From IMG/VR virus record IMGVR_UViG_3300029319_006288, positions 1 to 61,322 of that record: 61,322 nucleotides of DNA. One strand, written 5' to 3'. Of this stretch, positions 56,975 through 61,322 are shown one piece after another (position 1 is the first letter of the stretch; every line of letters begins with the position of its first letter). A program made the position numbers and the translations under genes. Source of the stretch: a virus (lineage: Duplodnaviria > Caudoviricetes). Below the pieces are notes generated by a model. That model was not told the DNA's origin. It did no database searches and saw nothing but the letters and a program-made list of their open reading frames with translations.

Positions 56975-58852
56975 TCAGTAAACACTTTCTCTGTCAATGG
57001 AAACCACATACTTTCCTTTATTCTTGTTTTTTGCTATGAATTTAGATTGTATATCACAGCTTTCTACAAAGATAATAGATTGAGATTCATTAAACTTTTC
57101 AGATTTAAATGCGGCAACATTCTTTGAGTGTAATCCTCCCGCATCTCTCTCCTCTTTTGTTCCCGGCCACATGTGAAGATCGTTATATTTTATACCATGT
57201 AATTTTAACCAATATTCTGTTTGTTTTCTGTATTTCTCTGGTCTACCTGTGCATATTGCATCAGCAGGATGAGATAATGGAAGTCTATGTTTTATCGGTT
57301 TAACACTCAGCATCCAATCAATATACATTTCTTCATTCGCATCTATTTCTACAGTGCAATCAGCATTAAACACACCATCCATATCGAACATTGTGTGCTC
57401 AGTTTGATAGGTGTTGAATAGGTTCCATTGTAAGATATGAGGAAACGGAAGCTCTATATTCCATGCGTCTAAAATAGGTAATGTATCGTTGTACTTTTTA
57501 AACTCTAAAGACGGTTCATGATACACAGACGTATAAATGAATTTTTTTTCTGGGTAATTTTGTTCTAGGTTATTCCTTGTTCTAATCATAGCTCCACCAG
57601 AGAATGACGTATCGTCTATAACAAGAAATGGAAGATCAATGTTTTCTTTCTGTTCAGACATTCTAGCACCACCATTTTTCGAGATGCTATTCAGTTTTAC
57701 AATTTTTCCATCAGAAATACCATATAGTGGGAGGGAAAGCACTGTGGCTATAGTTGTGGCGGGCGTCATACCAGACCTTGGAATACCAACTACTCCAGCT
57801 ACCGGAGGAATTTGATCCAACAGTTTGATGGAGTCTCTTACTAATTCTTCATTAGATATAAATTTTACTGGGTAAATTTCGTTTGCAATTTTCTTAAAAT
57901 TTCCATTAGCAAACCTTTTGAGTAACCCTTTTCTTAAATCCAATATCTTTTGCAATCCATTTACATGAACAAAGTTAGCATCACCAATTGTTTCCCAAAA
58001 TTCATGTGGTACAGGAGACTTTGGTCTTGAGTTAGTGGGACCGGCTGTTCTGCAATTCCACTTATCGTCGAGGATTTCAAACTTATCTTTATCAACATTA
58101 AGTGCGAGCCAATGTTGATCAAAACACCACTGTTTCGGATAAACAACCTCTGGTTGGCAATAAAGTTTTGAGCAAGAATTCGGTATTACCATCACTCCAG
58201 CATTTGGTTCAAAATTAGATGTAAATTTTCCATTCACAACCATTTTATGGGAATTTTTAAAGATCTTATGTATTAAGAGTTCTTGTTCTTTTTGAATCCA
58301 ATCTGTATCATTCCATTGTGCAAATGATTTGAAGTCATCGCATAATGAAATTTTATCATCAGGAGTGCAATCAAATATATTTTCTGCATCTTCTTTTACT
58401 ACGACATCGCAATCTAAATACAACGTCTTTTCATAGACAGAAGTTACATTATACAACCTATATTTGTTAGCCATCGGCCATTCTGGATGCTGGTCGCCAG
58501 TCAGTTCGATGTAATCCGCACCGCATTTTTCAGCATAAGTTTTAATTGTTTCTCTTGTTATGTCCAAGAGATCCATAGCGGATTGATTAGCTGGAATTAC
58601 GCAAACTGCGTAATCGCTTGTTGGGGTAGGAATATCATCGACGAAGTTTATTAGATCAACCATCATCTCTGATGATGCCCGCTTAAGTGTTCTTGTTTTT
58701 CCATTCACACTGTCGTGATATTGTTTTCTTTCTTCTTCTGTTAATCCTTGACACCACTGCCAATTAGGAGGGGTGGCGGTCATTTCTTTTTTAAGAAGAT
58801 CGCACCACCCCGCCTGCGGACATTGACATTTAGAAAAGTTCTTTTCTACCAC
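56975..58852 (-). CDS. Multidomain protein: Cys-rich N-terminus, GT8-like, phosphoribosyltransferase and HAD domains
   Basis: GT8-like LYLDCDVVV, NAGVMV, FDQ, WN and FVH. PRTase VVGIPRSGM and LVIDDTSFSG. HAD MFDMDGV and CTGRPE. Confidence 0.75.
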   Translation of the reverse strand: MVEKNFSKCQCPQAGWCDLLKKEMTATPPNWQWCQGLTEEERKQYHDSVNGKTRTLKRASSEMMVDLINFVDDIPTPTSDYAVCVIPANQSAMDLLDITRETIKTYAEKCGADYIELTGDQHPEWPMANKYRLYNVTSVYEKTLYLDCDVVVKEDAENIFDCTPDDKISLCDDFKSFAQWNDTDWIQKEQELLIHKIFKNSHKMVVNGKFTSNFEPNAGVMVIPNSCSKLYCQPEVVYPKQWCFDQHWLALNVDKDKFEILDDKWNCRTAGPTNSRPKSPVPHEFWETIGDANFVHVNGLQKILDLRKGLLKRFANGNFKKIANEIYPVKFISNEELVRDSIKLLDQIPPVAGVVGIPRSGMTPATTIATVLSLPLYGISDGKIVKLNSISKNGGARMSEQKENIDLPFLVIDDTSFSGGAMIRTRNNLEQNYPEKKFIYTSVYHEPSLEFKKYNDTLPILDAWNIELPFPHILQWNLFNTYQTEHTMFDMDGVFNADCTVEIDANEEMYIDWMLSVKPIKHRLPLSHPADAICTGRPEKYRKQTEYWLKLHGIKYNDLHMWPGTKEERDAGGLHSKNVAAFKSEKFNESQSIIFVESCDIQSKFIAKNKNKGKYVVSIDRESVY

Positions 58853-60219
58853 TTACGGCAACTCCAATATCGTGCTTTGTGACGAGGGCCGGGATTATCA
58901 CAGTTGTGCCTAGCTCGGAACGACTTGCGACGAGCGGGGTCAGACTTCTTGATCTTCATGTTAGGATCACCAAAGTTGACTTTGACAACATTACCTTTGG
59001 GGTTCTTCACATAAACGCTAAACTTCTTTGGACCCTTTGGAGTACGGAAAGGTTTACCAAGCTGAACTTTACGGCCTTGATATTCCGCAGCACGAGCAGG
59101 AATAAGAGTGCGACCGTCTTTCTTGTAGATGCCTTTTCGTTCGTACTCGTAAATCTGACCGGTCTTAGGGTCTTGATACTTAAAGCCTGCTTCTGCCTCT
59201 TCCGCTTTAGACTTTTTAGGATGACCTTTTGGTAGTAGGTCATTATCTGTAGTGTAGGCAGAGTTAGATGGCTTTCCAGTTCTGAGCAACGTCAAGAAGG
59301 CGTTGACTCTAGCGATAGCCCAACCGTGTCGGCTCATCTTGGGTGCGTGACTTGTTGAGTAAGCACCAGCACCGCGACGATACACTGCTTTCAACATGCC
59401 AAGTGTAGCTTTAGAACCTTTGCCCTTGGCGTTGTGTTCCTTAACTTTATTTTGTAGTTGCTGCGTTACTTCTTTGCTAAAAGTGATTTTACCTTTACCA
59501 TCTTTTGCACTATCAGGCTTGTTCTTCTTAGAGCCTTTCTTCTGATCCTTCTTTGGTGCAGGAGTTCTGCGAGGATCATCTTTTCCGGGCTTGTCTGCTT
59601 CTGCGTGATCTGCATACGAAGCAACCAGTTCAGCTTTGCTTTTATCACGCACAGCGTCCATATACTCTTCATGGGTTTTTCCCGGCATAAAAATCGGTTT
59701 GCCATTTTTACCCTTGTGAGTATGGATGTCTTCCAAGCCAAGTTGCTTGGCTCTATTCATAGCTTCACCCGGATTGTCAAAAACATCATCGCCAATTTCT
59801 TTGCTTTGGGCACGCTTGAGTTGTTCTTGAGTAGGTCTGCCTTCCTTCTCAGTTTTGGCAGGCTTATAATTTTTACCCATTCTTTCTTTCTTACGTCGGA
59901 TATTCTCCCAGAGTCCGGGTTTGGCTTCTGAAATATCCCACTCTTCTGTAGGCTCATTCCAGTCAATATCTGTTTCATACTCTGCTTCCGCAGGACAGTA
60001 CCAGTTATCTTCTGTAATCTCTTCTGTAAATCCATACTCTTCAAAGTTGATCTGGAAGTCAGCAGCTTCAATATGAGACATGTCCTCACAGGCTTTGCTC
60101 ATACAGACCGCTGTACGCTGCTTCTGATCTGGATATTCTTTGTTGATTTTAGGATCGCTCATGCAACGAGCAATAAACTGTCCCGGCTTTTCACCGTCAC
60201 GTTTTTCTGGTAAAGGCAT
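58846..60219 (-). CDS. Modular, highly charged phage protein (457 aa), possibly an internal head protein
   Basis: A string of short modules familiar from large marine phage proteins: FIARCMSD..EYPDQKQRTAVC; KPGLWENIRRK; FMPGKTHEEY; LKAVYRRGAGAY..WAIARVNAFL; AEYQGRKV..VNFGD..SFRARHNC..ARYWSC. Confidence 0.55.
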   Translation of the reverse strand: MPLPEKRDGEKPGQFIARCMSDPKINKEYPDQKQRTAVCMSKACEDMSHIEAADFQINFEEYGFTEEITEDNWYCPAEAEYETDIDWNEPTEEWDISEAKPGLWENIRRKKERMGKNYKPAKTEKEGRPTQEQLKRAQSKEIGDDVFDNPGEAMNRAKQLGLEDIHTHKGKNGKPIFMPGKTHEEYMDAVRDKSKAELVASYADHAEADKPGKDDPRRTPAPKKDQKKGSKKNKPDSAKDGKGKITFSKEVTQQLQNKVKEHNAKGKGSKATLGMLKAVYRRGAGAYSTSHAPKMSRHGWAIARVNAFLTLLRTGKPSNSAYTTDNDLLPKGHPKKSKAEEAEAGFKYQDPKTGQIYEYERKGIYKKDGRTLIPARAAEYQGRKVQLGKPFRTPKGPKKFSVYVKNPKGNVVKVNFGDPNMKIKKSDPARRKSFRARHNCDNPGPRHKARYWSCRKW

Positions 60220-61322
60220 TATACAATCTCCTTCAAGATGTTTTTAGAGTCTTCTTTAACGATATCGTGTGGTCTACCATCTGTTGCGGTATACCTTGTA
60301 TTTTTAGGCATGTTTAAGTGGTCAAAAATAGTCCAAGCCAAATCTTCTGGCGTTGCTCTACCTTGGTCGAAATCGTCGGCATTTGCACTGGTAGTGCCGA
60401 CAGTTCGGCCCATTTCATAACTTCCGCAGCTAATCATTAGCGGTGCGAGTTTTCCGAAATGGTCGCGACCACCATTTGAGTTGACCTTTGGAGTGCGACC
60501 AAACTCAGAAGTAACAACAAGCATAACACGCTCATACATTCCCCTTTGTTCTAGAGTGTCCATAATTTTAGCAAGGTATGTATCAAGGACGGTCTGTCTA
60601 TTCTGTAATCCGCCAGCAATGTTGTTGTGCATATCCCAGCCGCCATAGCTGAGTGTTACAAACTTAGAACCAGCTTCTAACAGTCTAATCGCTGTGAGTG
60701 CATCAGTCCCAAGAGAATCGCCCTTAAAGTTGTTATAGTCTCTGTCTTCTTCGACCCTAAAAGCCTTGGAAGCATTACCAAGAATAATATCTACTGATTG
60801 GTTTTTAAGATCCTGCCAGTCTTTTGCCATCTGCTGATCTCTGGCTTTAAAGCCTCTGTCAACAGTGTCTAAAACTCTCAGTCTCATTTTGAAACGATTG
60901 TTGTTACCAAGAAGCTGTAGGTCTTTACGTCCCTCTCTGGTGGCATCAAACCCCATATACTTGCCGCCCAACCAAGCTGCATCGTCATGCTGGAATCCAC
61001 CAATCTTAATATATGTAGGCAGCCCATCAGCGGTGTTGACACCGTGGTGTACGCTCATCATGCTACCATAACTAGGCCACTTAGAACTTGTGCCAGCACC
61101 AAAGTTGGCCTCGCCAGTAACTACCCAGTGTACGGAAGATGCGTGGTTTTGATCTCTATGACCAAATGCTCTAGGAATGACGATCTTATCTGTGCGTTTT
61201 GCTAGTTCTTTAAACAGACCACCAACCTCGATACCCTGAACATTGGTCTTAATTGCACCAGTTACAGACCGCCTATCAGCAGGAGCAAGAGGTATAGGAT
61301 TAAAAGTCTCAATATGACTAGC
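60219..61322 (-). CDS. DUF1501 domain protein (5' end beyond the window)
   Basis: The frame is open to the window edge: ASHIETFNPIPLAP..IKTNVQG..LAKRTDKI..WPSYGS. It continues with AIRLLEAGSKFVTL, GGWDMH, VTSEFGRTPKVN..GGRDHF and TPEDLAWTI, which are DUF1501 signatures. Confidence 0.88.
   Translation of the reverse strand, partial: ASHIETFNPIPLAPADRRSVTGAIKTNVQGIEVGGLFKELAKRTDKIVIPRAFGHRDQNHASSVHWVVTGEANFGAGTSSKWPSYGSMMSVHHGVNTADGLPTYIKIGGFQHDDAAWLGGKYMGFDATREGRKDLQLLGNNNRFKMRLRVLDTVDRGFKARDQQMAKDWQDLKNQSVDIILGNASKAFRVEEDRDYNNFKGDSLGTDALTAIRLLEAGSKFVTLSYGGWDMHNNIAGGLQNRQTVLDTYLAKIMDTLEQRGMYERVMLVVTSEFGRTPKVNSNGGRDHFGKLAPLMISCGSYEMGRTVGTTSANADDFDQGRATPEDLAWTIFDHLNMPKNTRYTATDGRPHDIVKEDSKNILKEIV

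Noticed and set aside
445-61205. Many 60-175 aa antisense or alternate-frame ORFs in the track
   Set aside because: They lie wholly within long genes with clear motifs, have no recognisable motifs of their own, and are expected shadow ORFs.
1-61322. Stop-codon reassignment, as in some large phages
   Set aside because: Very long ORFs are intact under the standard code, and TAA, TAG and TGA all end genes at tight junctions.
1-61322. CRISPR array, tRNA/rRNA genes, IS elements, diversity-generating retroelement
   Set aside because: Intergenic gaps are under about 90 nt. I saw no spaced direct repeats, cloverleafs, transposase or reverse transcriptase motifs. A covariance-model scan was not possible.

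Overview
This 61.3 kb window is part of a large tailed-phage genome. It is gene-dense, uses the standard code, and shows no tRNA, rRNA, CRISPR array or IS element that I could see. A phage-borne DUF1501 gene points to a Planctomycetota/PVC host. Two convergent arms meet at a bidirectional terminator near 30.95 kb. The + arm (1-30.9 kb) is a virion tail module: the C-terminal part of a tape measure protein, a 4224-aa protein with a LamG-like domain and seven FG-GAP repeats, several large tail or baseplate-like proteins, and an unannotated 46-aa membrane peptide. The - arm (31-61 kb) holds a single-strand-annealing protein and a homing-type endonuclease, then a translationally coupled island of about 23 glycan-synthesis genes (32.8-51.1 kb). 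It continues with ssb and a DnaE polymerase split into two intein-less genes around a DEDDh exonuclease and a NaeI-type nuclease. The arm ends with a CMP-sugar synthetase, a GT8-PRTase-HAD fusion, a modular basic protein and DUF1501. The best candidate for a new system is phage-encoded O-glycosylation of the virion at Ser-Gly sites. By hand count, the 4224-aa protein has about 105 SG against about 37 GS. The smaller structural proteins are also SG-dense, while the internal tape measure is not enriched. CCWGG and GCGC appear purged from the DNA, which argues that the sugars are not shielding the genome. All counts are manual and all family calls come from motif recognition, not database searches.
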